Source: Promethearchaeota archaeon (lineage in GTDB: Archaea > Asgardarchaeota > Lokiarchaeia > Sigyniarchaeales > SOKP01). From it: a DNA stretch of 64,000 nucleotides. A program made the position numbers and the translations under genes. Where the stretch lies: NCBI GenBank assembly GCA_019057865.1, contig JAHLWP010000011.1, positions 32,674-96,673 on the forward strand, read 5' to 3'. Shown one piece after another: positions 29,235-39,208 of the stretch; position 1 is the first letter of the stretch; every line of letters starts with the position of its first letter. Below the pieces are notes generated by a model, which was not told the origin of the DNA, searched no databases, and saw nothing but the letters and a program-made list of their open reading frames with translations.

Positions 29235-29927
29235 ATGTCAGAAGAAAATAAAGAATTTGATAAGGATTCTGAAGAAGAATCCAAAGAGGAAATTGAAGAG
29301 GAAGAGGAGGAATTCGAAGGGGATTATGATTATGAATCTAATTTAGATTATAAAATAGAGAATGTTGTAGCAACAGTAGTTGTTGAAATTACAGAAAAAA
29401 TTGATCTAAATCAGATTGCACGGCGCCATGCAGAGGTTGAATATAATCCAGAACGGTTTCCTGGTCTTGTAATGCGGATTGAAAAACCACGTGCGACTAT
29501 TTTAATATTTTCTACTGGAAAAATGGTTGTAACGGGACTTAGAAAAGCATCTGAAGCTGAACGAGTCGTTGATAAAGTTGTAAAAAACATAAGAAAAGCA
29601 GGAATTAGAGTAGCTAATCCAGAAATAACGATTCAAAACATTGTGGCTTCAGGTGATCTACATACAAATATAGATCTCAATATGGCCGCTATTGTAATGG
29701 AATACGCAATGTATGAACCAGAGGTATTTCCTGGGTTAATTTATCGTATGCAGGAGCCAAAAACTGTTTTCCTAATCTTTTCAACTGGTAGAATTGTTTG
29801 TACAGGAGCAAAAAGAAAAGAGATTGTTAGAGAAGCAGTTTTAAAATTAAATCAACAAGTTCGAGATTTAGGTGTTGCTAAAAAAGATATAGGAGACTCA
29901 GAATATCAAGATATAACTTTCATCTAA
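29235..29927 (+). CDS. tbp: TATA-box-binding protein
   Basis: Two repeats: IENVVA...YNPERFPGL...LIFSTGKMVVTG and IQNIVAS...YEPEVFPGL...LIFSTGRIVCTGAK. Confidence 0.98.
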   Translation: MSEENKEFDKDSEEESKEEIEEEEEEFEGDYDYESNLDYKIENVVATVVVEITEKIDLNQIARRHAEVEYNPERFPGLVMRIEKPRATILIFSTGKMVVTGLRKASEAERVVDKVVKNIRKAGIRVANPEITIQNIVASGDLHTNIDLNMAAIVMEYAMYEPEVFPGLIYRMQEPKTVFLIFSTGRIVCTGAKRKEIVREAVLKLNQQVRDLGVAKKDIGDSEYQDITFI

Positions 29928-30027
29928 ATCTCTTATCTTTTTTAATTTTTTAATCCATTTATTGTAATATTCAAATTGTATTATTTAGATTCTTATAATC
30001 TTTCAGACAATATATTTAAACTTATAT

Positions 30028-30366
30028 TTAGATGACTTTCTTTTCATTAATAGCATTAATAGAAACAATATATTCATCATATAAAGCTTGTAATAACTTG
30101 GATTCTTTAGCTTTATTAAATGCTAAAAGAAAAAGTCGGTTTAATGATTTTTCATTATTGATTTCATAAATATCATCATCAATTCCTAAGTGATCACTAT
30201 TTTGATCAAGAAAATTACACAAAATGTATCTATTTTCTCTTCTCAAATTCACTTTATTCAAGGCTCCAAACATTTTTAAAATTAAAGGTCCTTGATATTT
30301 AATTTTCTTATGATTGATTGATTGAAAGAATTTAAGGTATTCATTTCTTTTTATAGGAACCGACAT
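30028..30366 (-). CDS. Hypothetical protein
   Basis: ATG-initiated ORF filling the gap, with typical composition. Confidence 0.65.
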   Translation of the reverse strand: MSVPIKRNEYLKFFQSINHKKIKYQGPLILKMFGALNKVNLRRENRYILCNFLDQNSDHLGIDDDIYEINNEKSLNRLFLLAFNKAKESKLLQALYDEYIVSINAINEKKVI

Positions 30367-30498
30367 AAATAATGAATTTTTAAAATAGTTATTGAAAAGA
30401 AGTAATATTAGGATAATATAATATAGAAATAGTTACAAGATTACTTATTTAGCTTTAAGCTATTGAATTAAAAACAAGTATTAAATTAAAAAAATACT

Positions 30499-30771
30499 TT
30501 AAAATGCATATTCAAATCCTTTAAATTCATTTTTAGACCCTTGCAATTCATAATCAACTTTTTCTACGTGAGCATATTTGGGTCCTTTTTTTGAAAATTC
30601 TAATAATTCAAATAACTCATTTTCAGGACCTTCTGCTTCAATAAGTACACTCCCATCAGGCATATTTTTAACATATCCAGTTAAACCTAATTTCCGAGCA
30701 ACTTTTCGAGTGGTATATCGAAAAAAAACGCCTTGAACAAGCCCATATACTTTAATTTTAATTCTTTTCAT
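30499..30771 (-). CDS. acyP: Acylphosphatase
   Basis: GLVQGVFFR, GYVKNMPDGSV. Confidence 0.95.
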   Translation of the reverse strand: MKRIKIKVYGLVQGVFFRYTTRKVARKLGLTGYVKNMPDGSVLIEAEGPENELFELLEFSKKGPKYAHVEKVDYELQGSKNEFKGFEYAF

Positions 30772-30817
30772 ATAAAAAGCAAATAGATATTTAATTTTTT
30801 TAATTTTGTTAACTCAA

Positions 30818-31465
30818 TTATAATTCTAAGTAGTAGGTATCCTTATTTGGGTTGTATCCTATAACTTTATTTTTAAGCAGAGTTTCAATAACACTCATTA
30901 ACCACTTGTTACTCGTATGAATGTTTTTTTTTAATTCACTTAAACTTAAATCTTCATTTATAGCTAAAAGAAACAAGATTTTGCTCTTAACATTTAATTG
31001 ATTAGAATTTGTGATTTTATTAAATTTTACTTCAAAATCATATTCTCTTGTTTTTAGATATACAACTTCATTGCTTAGTTTAATGATAACTTCCTCAGTA
31101 GTTCGAAAGGCATTTAGACTATAATGAAACTTACTTTCTAATTGTTCTTTTAGATTCTCTTCCATTACTTCTTTATCAAGTTCTTTGTTAAATTCTTCGA
31201 GGAGTTCTAAATAGTCTTTGCCAATATCATATTCGGTCAAAACTAAAACAATTATCATTTCTTTGTTTTCATTATAACATGAAACAGAATTCCACTCTCT
31301 TTCTTCAGTGATAATATGAGATTCTGTAAAATTATGCGAAATTTGTAATTGTTGGACAATAGAAATTGGAATTTCTAGGTCTTCAGGATATTTCATATAA
31401 ACAGTGCCGCCTTCAACCTCATCCCATTTAATTAAGCAAATCCCTTTAGGCATCCCTATTAGCAA
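30818..31465 (-). CDS. Hypothetical protein: uDENN/longin-like N-terminus, coiled coil, C-terminal winged helix
   Basis: LIKWDEVEGGTVYMKYP resembles the uDENN 'FD..GP....YP' opening. C-terminal LSLSELK...IETLLKNKVIGY is wHTH-like. Confidence 0.55.
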   Translation of the reverse strand: MLIGMPKGICLIKWDEVEGGTVYMKYPEDLEIPISIVQQLQISHNFTESHIITEEREWNSVSCYNENKEMIIVLVLTEYDIGKDYLELLEEFNKELDKEVMEENLKEQLESKFHYSLNAFRTTEEVIIKLSNEVVYLKTREYDFEVKFNKITNSNQLNVKSKILFLLAINEDLSLSELKKNIHTSNKWLMSVIETLLKNKVIGYNPNKDTYYLEL

Positions 31466-31609
31466 CCTAGTCTTTAATTTTAAAATAAAGTCTTTTACTA
31501 TAATAATTTAAATTTTCATTTATTTAATTAAGCAAATATGATATCCTAATATTTATATTTGACTGCAAACCAATGACATTGAACTAAAAAAATAAATATA
31601 ACAAAACCA

Positions 31610-31903
31610 ATGTGTTATATAAGAAATATGCCTGTTTATTATGTGTATATTCTGGAGACCATTGGAAAAAATAAAAAGAAAAGATTCTATACCGGATATA
31701 CAAATAATCTTTATAGAAGATTATCAGAACATAAAAATGGAACAGGAGCTAAATTTTGTCGTGGTAAAAATCAAATTGAATTAAAATATTTTGAAACATT
31801 TACCAATAGAAAAGAAGCAATGAGAAGGGAAATAGAAATTAAGTTATTATCTAGACAAAAGAAAAAAGAATTAATTAGTACTATCAATATTAATTTGGTT
31901 TAG
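31610..31903 (+). CDS. GIY-YIG nuclease family protein (UPF0213-like)
   Basis: YYVYIL...FYTGYTNNLYRRLSEH..G.GAKF, EAMRRE. Confidence 0.92.
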   Translation: MCYIRNMPVYYVYILETIGKNKKKRFYTGYTNNLYRRLSEHKNGTGAKFCRGKNQIELKYFETFTNRKEAMRREIEIKLLSRQKKKELISTININLV

Positions 31904-32716
31904 TTGAATAATTTGTCAAATGAGCAAAACTTTTTAATCTGCCTGGCTGGATTACCGGCTTCGGGAAAATCTATTTTTGCTAATGAATTAAGGGAGATTC
32001 TTGAAAAGAAATTTACTAATTTTAAGGTTAAAATTATTGATCCAGATAAGATAAGGCAAACAATAACCCAAAACAAATTTGTTCATAAAAAAGAACACCT
32101 AGTTAGAGAAAAGAATCTTCAGATAATAAAAAGAGAATTAAAAAAAAGATCTGTAGTTATTAGTGATGATTTAAATTATTATTCGAGCATGAGACATGAT
32201 TTAAAAAAAATTGCAGATGAGTTAGATGTCAATTTTTTTATAATTCACATCTCTACTCCACTTGAAGTTTGCCTAAAGTGGAATGAAAAGAGAGGAAAAC
32301 CCATTCCAAATAAAATAATTAAGAGAATTAATAAAAAATTCGACGATTTTAATAAATATAATTGGGATACTCCATATGCGGTATATAATATGAACCAAAC
32401 ACTAGATTTGAATGATTGCCTTATAAATTTTGCTAATCGCTTACATTTAAATGTAAAACAGTCTAAAAAAATATTTGAAAGAGAAGCAGAATTTAGACAT
32501 GATTCCAATCTTTATAAAGAAAAATTGGATAAAATCACTCGAAATTATGTAGGAATACTATTACTAAATTCCAATTATATTCCTCTAAAAAATAAAATTA
32601 TTAAATTAAGAAAGGAATTTTTAAAAACCAAAAAGAATGAATTTTTAAGCGAATCAGAAATTCAAAATTCATTTCAGACATTTTTAGAGGAATCCTTAAG
32701 CATCAAAATATTATAA
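31904..32716 (+). CDS. pstK: O-phosphoseryl-tRNA(Sec) kinase
   Basis: GLPASGKS, DDLNYYSSMRHDL, WDTP, and C-terminal LDKITR...LRKEFLK as in archaeal PSTK (KTI12-related). Confidence 0.85.
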   Translation: MNNLSNEQNFLICLAGLPASGKSIFANELREILEKKFTNFKVKIIDPDKIRQTITQNKFVHKKEHLVREKNLQIIKRELKKRSVVISDDLNYYSSMRHDLKKIADELDVNFFIIHISTPLEVCLKWNEKRGKPIPNKIIKRINKKFDDFNKYNWDTPYAVYNMNQTLDLNDCLINFANRLHLNVKQSKKIFEREAEFRHDSNLYKEKLDKITRNYVGILLLNSNYIPLKNKIIKLRKEFLKTKKNEFLSESEIQNSFQTFLEESLSIKIL

Positions 32717-32783
32717 GAACTGGTTTATTTGATTTTTATTAAAAATAAAGAAAAAGAAAATAAACCATAATTACTTTAATAAC

Positions 32784-35111
32784 TTGAAAAAAGATATTTT
32801 TATTTCTATAATTAAGATATTACTTGAAATTATGATACAAGAAAATAATAATAACAGAATCGCTAAATTGAGAATTGAACGATTGGAAAAAAGCAGAAGT
32901 GGACGTTCTTTATGTTATATTGACCAACAAATAATGAGCGAATTAGCATTAAATACTGGTGATATAATTGAGTTAAGAGGGAAAAAGAAAACTACTGGTA
33001 TTGCTGTTGCGAGTGCTACAGATAGGGGAAAAAATATCATTAGATTAGATGGGCTTCAAAGGCTAAACGCAGGTGCTACTATTGGAGAATTTGTATCCGT
33101 TCAACATGCAGAAGTGTATCCAGCCATTGAGATTGTTCTGACCCCTACTAGACCAAACATTGATTTAAAAAGGCAAGCAGAAGCAATTAAAGGTAAACTC
33201 ATTGATAAACCTGTAGTTCTTGGTGATATTGTTGATGTCTTAGGAACTTTTGTTCAAAAAGATAGCTCTGATAACCCAATGAATGAAATTATGAAGATGC
33301 TTCCATGGGGTAGCAAAAAAAGAACAACATTAGGAATATTAAGATTGATAGTAGAAAATTTAAAACCCTCAGATAAAGTTGTAAAAATTACTCGTGATAC
33401 TCTAATAAAGGTTAATAAAAGAGTTGCTGTTTTAAATGTTTCAGGTGGAGTTGTTACTTATGATGATGTTGGAGGGTTAACTGATGAAATTCAGAGAATA
33501 AGAGAAATGGTTGAGTTACCTTTGAAACATCCTGAACTTTTTCATCGATTAAATATTGACCCTCCTAAAGGTGTTTTATTTTATGGACCTTCTGGAACAG
33601 GAAAAACATTGATGGCAAAAGCAGTATCTCAAGAATCTAATGCGTATTTTATCACGATTAATGGTCCAGAAATTATGAGCAAATTTTATGGAGCAAGCGA
33701 AGGGCGTCTTAGAGAAAAATTTAGAGAAGCAGAAGATAATGCACCTTCTATCATTTTTATAGATGAAATTGATTCAATTGCTCCAAAAAGAGGAGATACT
33801 TCTGGAGAAGTAGAAAGACGAGTTGTTTCCCAATTACTCGCTTTAATGGATGGTTTACAAGGAAGAGGTGAAGTAATTTGTGTAGGTGCCTCAAACAGAA
33901 TCAACTCTATTGATGAGGCATTGAGACGTCCAGGACGATTTGATAGAGAAATTGAATTTGGAGTTCCTAATGTAAATGGTAGGAAAGAAGTCTTTCAAAT
34001 TCATACAAGAGGAATGCCACTCCTCGAAGATGTCAATCTCGATAACTATGCTGAGATAACTCATGGATTTGTTGGTGCTGATATAATGGCAGTATGTAGA
34101 GAAGCTGCAATGTTTTCTTTAAGGAGAATCTTGCCAAAAATTAATTTGGATGAGCCAATTCCAAGTGAAGTTATTCAAGAATTAAAAATTAAAGATGATG
34201 ATTTTGTTAAAGCAATTAATATGATTGAGCCATCTGCCATGCGAGAAGTTATGGTTGAGATCCCTAATGTAATTTGGGAAGATATAGGTGGTTTAGAAGA
34301 TATTAAACAAGAGTTAAAAGAAGCAGTAGAATGGCCATTGAAATATCCAAAATTGTTTGAAAGAGCAGGAATACGTCCTTTAAATGGAATCCTTTTATTT
34401 GGACCACCTGGATGTGGAAAAACACTATTAGCTAAAGCAGTTGCAACTGAAAGTAAGTCAAATTTTATCGCAATAAAAGGACCTGAGATCTATTCTAAAT
34501 GGGTTGGAGAAAGCGAGAGAGCTGTTAGAGAGATATTTAGAAAAGCGCGTCAAGCAGCTCCTTCAATTATATATTTTGATGAAATCGATGCAATAACTTC
34601 TGGTAGAGGAAATTTTGAAGGAACTCATACATTTGCTTCAATTGTAAATCAAATCCTGGTAGAAATGGATGGTGTGGAAAATCGAAAAGGAATCATAGTC
34701 GTTGCTAGCACTAATCGTCCAGATATTGTAGATCCTGCATTTTTAAGACCGGGACGGTTTGATCGCTTAGTATATGTAGAATCTCCCGATTATGATGCTA
34801 GATTAAAAATCTTAGAAGTTCATACCAAAAAAATGCCATTAGTTAAGGAAATTTCTTTAGAGAGAATCGCCCACATTACTGAAGGTTATAGTGGGGCAGA
34901 TTTAGAAAATGTATGTCGTGAAGCAGGAATGCAAGCAATTAGAGAAGAATTAGATAAATTAAAAGAAATAAAACAGAAATATTTTGATTTTGCACTATCT
35001 AAAATTAAATCAACTTTGCCTAAAGAAGTAATAGAGAGATATGAGAATATGGCAAAAAAAATAACAGAATCTCGAAATATAACAGAATCTCAATCTGATT
35101 TATATAGATAA
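32784..35111 (+). CDS. cdc48: CDC48/p97 (VAT) AAA+ ATPase
   Basis: N-domain, two AAA modules ([23 protein letters not shown]), C-terminal LYR (HbYX). Start is probably the ATG at 32832. Confidence 0.97.
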   Translation: MKKDIFISIIKILLEIMIQENNNNRIAKLRIERLEKSRSGRSLCYIDQQIMSELALNTGDIIELRGKKKTTGIAVASATDRGKNIIRLDGLQRLNAGATIGEFVSVQHAEVYPAIEIVLTPTRPNIDLKRQAEAIKGKLIDKPVVLGDIVDVLGTFVQKDSSDNPMNEIMKMLPWGSKKRTTLGILRLIVENLKPSDKVVKITRDTLIKVNKRVAVLNVSGGVVTYDDVGGLTDEIQRIREMVELPLKHPELFHRLNIDPPKGVLFYGPSGTGKTLMAKAVSQESNAYFITINGPEIMSKFYGASEGRLREKFREAEDNAPSIIFIDEIDSIAPKRGDTSGEVERRVVSQLLALMDGLQGRGEVICVGASNRINSIDEALRRPGRFDREIEFGVPNVNGRKEVFQIHTRGMPLLEDVNLDNYAEITHGFVGADIMAVCREAAMFSLRRILPKINLDEPIPSEVIQELKIKDDDFVKAINMIEPSAMREVMVEIPNVIWEDIGGLEDIKQELKEAVEWPLKYPKLFERAGIRPLNGILLFGPPGCGKTLLAKAVATESKSNFIAIKGPEIYSKWVGESERAVREIFRKARQAAPSIIYFDEIDAITSGRGNFEGTHTFASIVNQILVEMDGVENRKGIIVVASTNRPDIVDPAFLRPGRFDRLVYVESPDYDARLKILEVHTKKMPLVKEISLERIAHITEGYSGADLENVCREAGMQAIREELDKLKEIKQKYFDFALSKIKSTLPKEVIERYENMAKKITESRNITESQSDLYR

Positions 35112-35197
35112 CTAAAATTTCATTATTTAGCTTTTTATTATGTATAATTCTTTTTTAATTTCTTTCTTATTTTAAAGTTAAAAAAAATGGACTAAAA

Positions 35198-36349
35198 TTA
35201 CAACTCTTTAATATATTCTTCAATTCTATCCATACCTTCTTTAAGTTTATCTATAGCAGTCGCATAAGATATTCTTACCATATCTTTTGAGAAAGAACCA
35301 AAGGTCTCACCTGGTATAATCGCAACGCTTTTCTTTTTCATCATTTCAGCTGAAAATTCTGATCCTGTCATATTAAACTTTTTTAATGAAGGCATTATGT
35401 AGAAAGCACCACGAGGTTTAACAACATCAAATCCCATTTCTTTTAATCTTTCATAAACAAGTGTTCGCCTTTCATTAAATCTTTTCAAGATCTTTTCGAA
35501 AAATTTAATATCCATCTTTAAAGCTTCAATAAAACCATATTGAGCTGCATGATTTGTACCAGCAACAGTGTATTGATGAAATTTTTCCATCAAATCAATT
35601 ATCTCTTTTGAAGCTACAACATAGCCTAACCTAAATCCAGTGGCAGAAAATAATTTTGACATTGCATTGATTGTAATAGTGCGATTAATCATTCCATTAA
35701 AAGAAGCAGGACTTAAATGTTTCAAACCATCATAAAGATAATTTTCGTAAACTTCATCTGATATTATAAATAAATCATTATCTTTGACTATATCGACAAT
35801 TTCATTAAGTTCGTTAGAACTAAATGCATATCCTGTGGGATTATTGGGTGAATTAATAATAATTGCTTTAGTTTTTTCTGTAATTGCCTTTTTCAATTTT
35901 TCTAAATTTGGGCTAAAATCGGGATTTCTTTGAATTTCTACTACTTTTACACCAAAAAAAGATGCGATGTAGAAATATGAAAGGAAGTTCGGAGAAAACA
36001 AAATTAACTCATCTCCGGGATTGAAAAGTGAGGCATATGCAAGGCAAAGAGCTTGGCTCCCACCATTAGTTACTATGATATTTTCTTTCCAATTTGTTTC
36101 TATATTATTAAATTTTTTTAATTTGTTTTCAATTAATTCTAATAATTCAGGAAGACCTCTCGTTGGGGCATAGGAGGTAACTCCTTTTCTTAAAGCTTCA
36201 ATTGTTCCTCGAATTGCTGGTTCGGGAGTTGGAAAATCAGGTTGACCAATTCCAAGGCTTATTACATCCGATCTTCCTAATGCTATATCAAATAATTCTC
36301 TTATCTTAGATTTTGGAGCTTTAGATAGATTTTGAGATAGTTCTTTCAT
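35198..36349 (-). CDS. PLP-dependent aminotransferase class I/II
   Basis: GQPDF, NSPNNPTG, SDEVY, SKLFSATGFRLG. Confidence 0.95.
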   Translation of the reverse strand: MKELSQNLSKAPKSKIRELFDIALGRSDVISLGIGQPDFPTPEPAIRGTIEALRKGVTSYAPTRGLPELLELIENKLKKFNNIETNWKENIIVTNGGSQALCLAYASLFNPGDELILFSPNFLSYFYIASFFGVKVVEIQRNPDFSPNLEKLKKAITEKTKAIIINSPNNPTGYAFSSNELNEIVDIVKDNDLFIISDEVYENYLYDGLKHLSPASFNGMINRTITINAMSKLFSATGFRLGYVVASKEIIDLMEKFHQYTVAGTNHAAQYGFIEALKMDIKFFEKILKRFNERRTLVYERLKEMGFDVVKPRGAFYIMPSLKKFNMTGSEFSAEMMKKKSVAIIPGETFGSFSKDMVRISYATAIDKLKEGMDRIEEYIKEL

Positions 36350-36440
36350 AATTTATTCACTTATTTAATCTTTTTTAAATAGTTCGCTTTTTATAAGAAT
36401 GCTTAATAATAAGAAAATAAGATTGAACTATTGAGATTTT

Positions 36441-37001
36441 CTAAACCTTTACGCCATGATTTTTCAAAATTTGGTGAACCAGAAGTGAGAATGCTTCTTC
36501 GATATTTTCCCCTAACTTAGCACTTGTTTCTACAAAATCACTAGCATTAATTTCTTCTGCAAATATTTTTCCTTTTTCAGTGGGGACAGCTCTCTGCTCT
36601 TTTAAATCTGTTTTATTTCCAATCAAAATATATGCTCCTTCTTTCTTCACATATCTTTTAAAATCTTTTAACCACTTTGTTCCTATTGAATAAAAAGTTG
36701 CCGCACGGGTAATATCAAATACAATTATACATCCACTAACTCCCTGAAAATACATTGATCTTATAACATTGTATTTTTCTTGTCCGGCTAAATCCCAAAT
36801 TATAAGTCGAACTCTTACGTTTAAATTGTCTAAATTAATATCTTTACGTATAATATTTGCTCCTAAAGTAGGTTTATAATCTTCCTGAAAAGTTTCTTCA
36901 CAATATCTACTAATCAATGAAGTTTTACCTACTGCAGCATCTCCAAGCATAGTTATTTTAAATACAAATTCTCGTAATTCTTTAACTTCTTCTGTTGTCA
37001 T
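36441..37001 (-). CDS. Rab-like small GTPase
   Basis: GDAAVGKT, WDLAGQ, GNKTD, SAK. Confidence 0.95.
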   Translation of the reverse strand: MTTEEVKELREFVFKITMLGDAAVGKTSLISRYCEETFQEDYKPTLGANIIRKDINLDNLNVRVRLIIWDLAGQEKYNVIRSMYFQGVSGCIIVFDITRAATFYSIGTKWLKDFKRYVKKEGAYILIGNKTDLKEQRAVPTEKGKIFAEEINASDFVETSAKLGENIEEAFSLLVHQILKNHGVKV

Positions 37002-37032
37002 TTTGCAATTTATATATTGTTTTTATCTTTAT

Positions 37033-37614
37033 TTAAAACTTTTTTTCAATTTTTAATTTTAAAACAAAATTATTATGTTGAGGATCATTTACATCTTCGC
37101 TCTTTCTATAGTAATTTATTCGAGAATCAGTTGTTAATGTTTTTTCTAAGGAATGAATAATAAATCCTTTAAATAAATCACATGATACACCAATTTCAGA
37201 ACAGAAAATACATTTTTCGACTTTAACTACAAACAAATTATTAGATTTTTCTATAATTTCAACTTTCCAATCTGTTAAGATTAATTCATTTATTTCACTT
37301 ATTATCTCTTCAAAATTTTTTCCGTATGGAAATAAATAAAATGAGAATTTCTTTCCAATTTCAAATAGTAGTTTGTTAGAATCAAATAATAGACAATTTT
37401 GAGCAGCAATAATTTTTTTAAAAGAAAAGAAATCAATAGTACCGTTAGGATCGACATCTCTCATATCCTTCAGATGTATCAAACCTGCTTCTTTTAGAAT
37501 TGATTTCATTCCATCATAATCAAGATTGTCTAAATAGGACTGTAATAAGGCGGTGACTACTCTATTTTTTACAATACCTCTATATTCACCAATTATATCT
37601 GAATTATCCGACAT
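37033..37614 (-). CDS. V4R/H-NOX-like domain protein
   Basis: ILKEAGL, LLFEIGKKF, CIFC...CDLFKGFI pattern. Confidence 0.65.
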   Translation of the reverse strand: MSDNSDIIGEYRGIVKNRVVTALLQSYLDNLDYDGMKSILKEAGLIHLKDMRDVDPNGTIDFFSFKKIIAAQNCLLFDSNKLLFEIGKKFSFYLFPYGKNFEEIISEINELILTDWKVEIIEKSNNLFVVKVEKCIFCSEIGVSCDLFKGFIIHSLEKTLTTDSRINYYRKSEDVNDPQHNNFVLKLKIEKKF

Positions 37615-37638
37615 TTTTTTGATGAAGTAAGTTCTTAT

Positions 37639-38073
37639 TTAAATATTTAATAGGAATAAATTAAATTGAGGGTCCAACGAACGGTTTAATTTTTTATCAA
37701 TCTCAAGGATATAAATTTCACCTGTTACTGAAATAATACTTGGTTGGCTAAGGTGCCCCCCAATAATACTAAAATCAGGTCTTCCAACAGAGACATGAAC
37801 ATGAATTATGGGTTTTCCATTTTTATAAGCAATATTTCCAAGACAAGAGACTAATTCAACATTTTCATCGAAAGTTTTCAGTTTATATTTTTTTTTTTCA
37901 AGATCAAAATATCCAATGGTGAATTTTTTAAAGGCACCTATGCAATTTAAAAGACCAGCTTTAATATTGTAAGTTTTTACCAGTTTAGTGATTGCATCAA
38001 TAAGATCCTCATCAGGCTCAACTTTCCCAACTATTACTCGGCTAACTTTAGCATCTATACTTTTCAAATTCAA
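37639..38073 (-). CDS. DUF296 (PPC domain) protein
   Basis: ELVSCLGNI, HVHVS, GGHL, TGEI. Confidence 0.9.
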   Translation of the reverse strand: MNLKSIDAKVSRVIVGKVEPDEDLIDAITKLVKTYNIKAGLLNCIGAFKKFTIGYFDLEKKKYKLKTFDENVELVSCLGNIAYKNGKPIIHVHVSVGRPDFSIIGGHLSQPSIISVTGEIYILEIDKKLNRSLDPQFNLFLLNI

Positions 38074-38261
38074 TCATTAAACAATTATTAACAAATGAGT
38101 TAGGTATACTCAATTAATCCATAAATTTTTATATCTTTAGAGTATTTGAAACTTTTAAGCTTTTCTTATTTAATTTTTTTTGTCCTTTCATGATGAACTG
38201 TTTAATTATATCTTTTTATGTAACAGTGTTTCTGTTTTTTTGAAAAAAAATTTATTCTTAA

Positions 38262-39194
38262 TTGTTTATTTATCATTTGATTATGGTAGAAAAAGTAGTT
38301 ATATTCGATGTAGAATTAATTTTATCTGAACCCGCTGATGTTGATATGGAATGGGTCGGTAATGATGATCTCATAAATGAATTAAAAGCTGCTTGGTTGA
38401 TTGTTGATGAGAACGATCTTCCGTTGAATCCAAGGATTTTAGGAAAACCAGGAGTAGGTAAAACAACATTGGGTTATGCTGCTGGGAAACGATTAGGTAA
38501 AGATGTTTATATGTTTCAATGTACTATGGATACTCGCCCTGAGGATCTATTAATAAGTCCAGTAATAGCTTCTGATAAAAAAATAGCATATGTAGCAAGT
38601 TCTCTTGTGTCTGCCATGATTAAAGGGGGAGTCTGCCTTTTAGACGAAGGCAACAGGATGAGTGAAAAAAGTTGGGCTTCTTTGGCACCTTTAATGGATA
38701 AAAGACGCTACGTTGAAAGTATTATTACAGGTATTAGGATTTATGCTCATCCAGAATTTCGATTATGTGTAACAATGAACAGTGATAGTAGTACGTATGA
38801 AATACCCGAATATATCCAATCCCGTCTGCAACCAAAGATTTTTATAGATTTTCCAAATAAAATCGATGAATTGAAAATATTAAAATATAATTTACCCTTC
38901 GCACCAGAAGAAATTTTAGAATATTGCGTTGATTTCCTCCAGAATGCTCACATACATGACGATTATACTGTTAGAGAGGGCATCAATATATTAAGGCTTT
39001 ATATGAAATCAAGAGAATTAAAAGGAAAAGATAAAGGTATGTTAAATAAAAATGAATTTAAAAAAGCAATTGTACATATTTTAGAAGAACATGCAATAAA
39101 TTACTGCTCTGATGAATATGAAAAATTTCTGAAAAGACAACAAGAAAAATATGTTAAAGATGATTTTTTGATTTTTAAGAAATTAGATGAATAA
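38262..39194 (+). CDS. MoxR-like AAA+ ATPase
   Basis: GKPGVGKT, LLDEGNR, HPEFRLCVTMN, SRL. Confidence 0.88.
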   Translation: MFIYHLIMVEKVVIFDVELILSEPADVDMEWVGNDDLINELKAAWLIVDENDLPLNPRILGKPGVGKTTLGYAAGKRLGKDVYMFQCTMDTRPEDLLISPVIASDKKIAYVASSLVSAMIKGGVCLLDEGNRMSEKSWASLAPLMDKRRYVESIITGIRIYAHPEFRLCVTMNSDSSTYEIPEYIQSRLQPKIFIDFPNKIDELKILKYNLPFAPEEILEYCVDFLQNAHIHDDYTVREGINILRLYMKSRELKGKDKGMLNKNEFKKAIVHILEEHAINYCSDEYEKFLKRQQEKYVKDDFLIFKKLDE

Positions 39195-39208
39195 AATTTA
39201 ATACTAAA

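Noticed and set aside
31610-31903. GIY-YIG as a mobile homing endonuclease
   Set aside because: It is a stand-alone ~90-aa UPF0213-type protein with no DNA-binding extension or intron/intein context.
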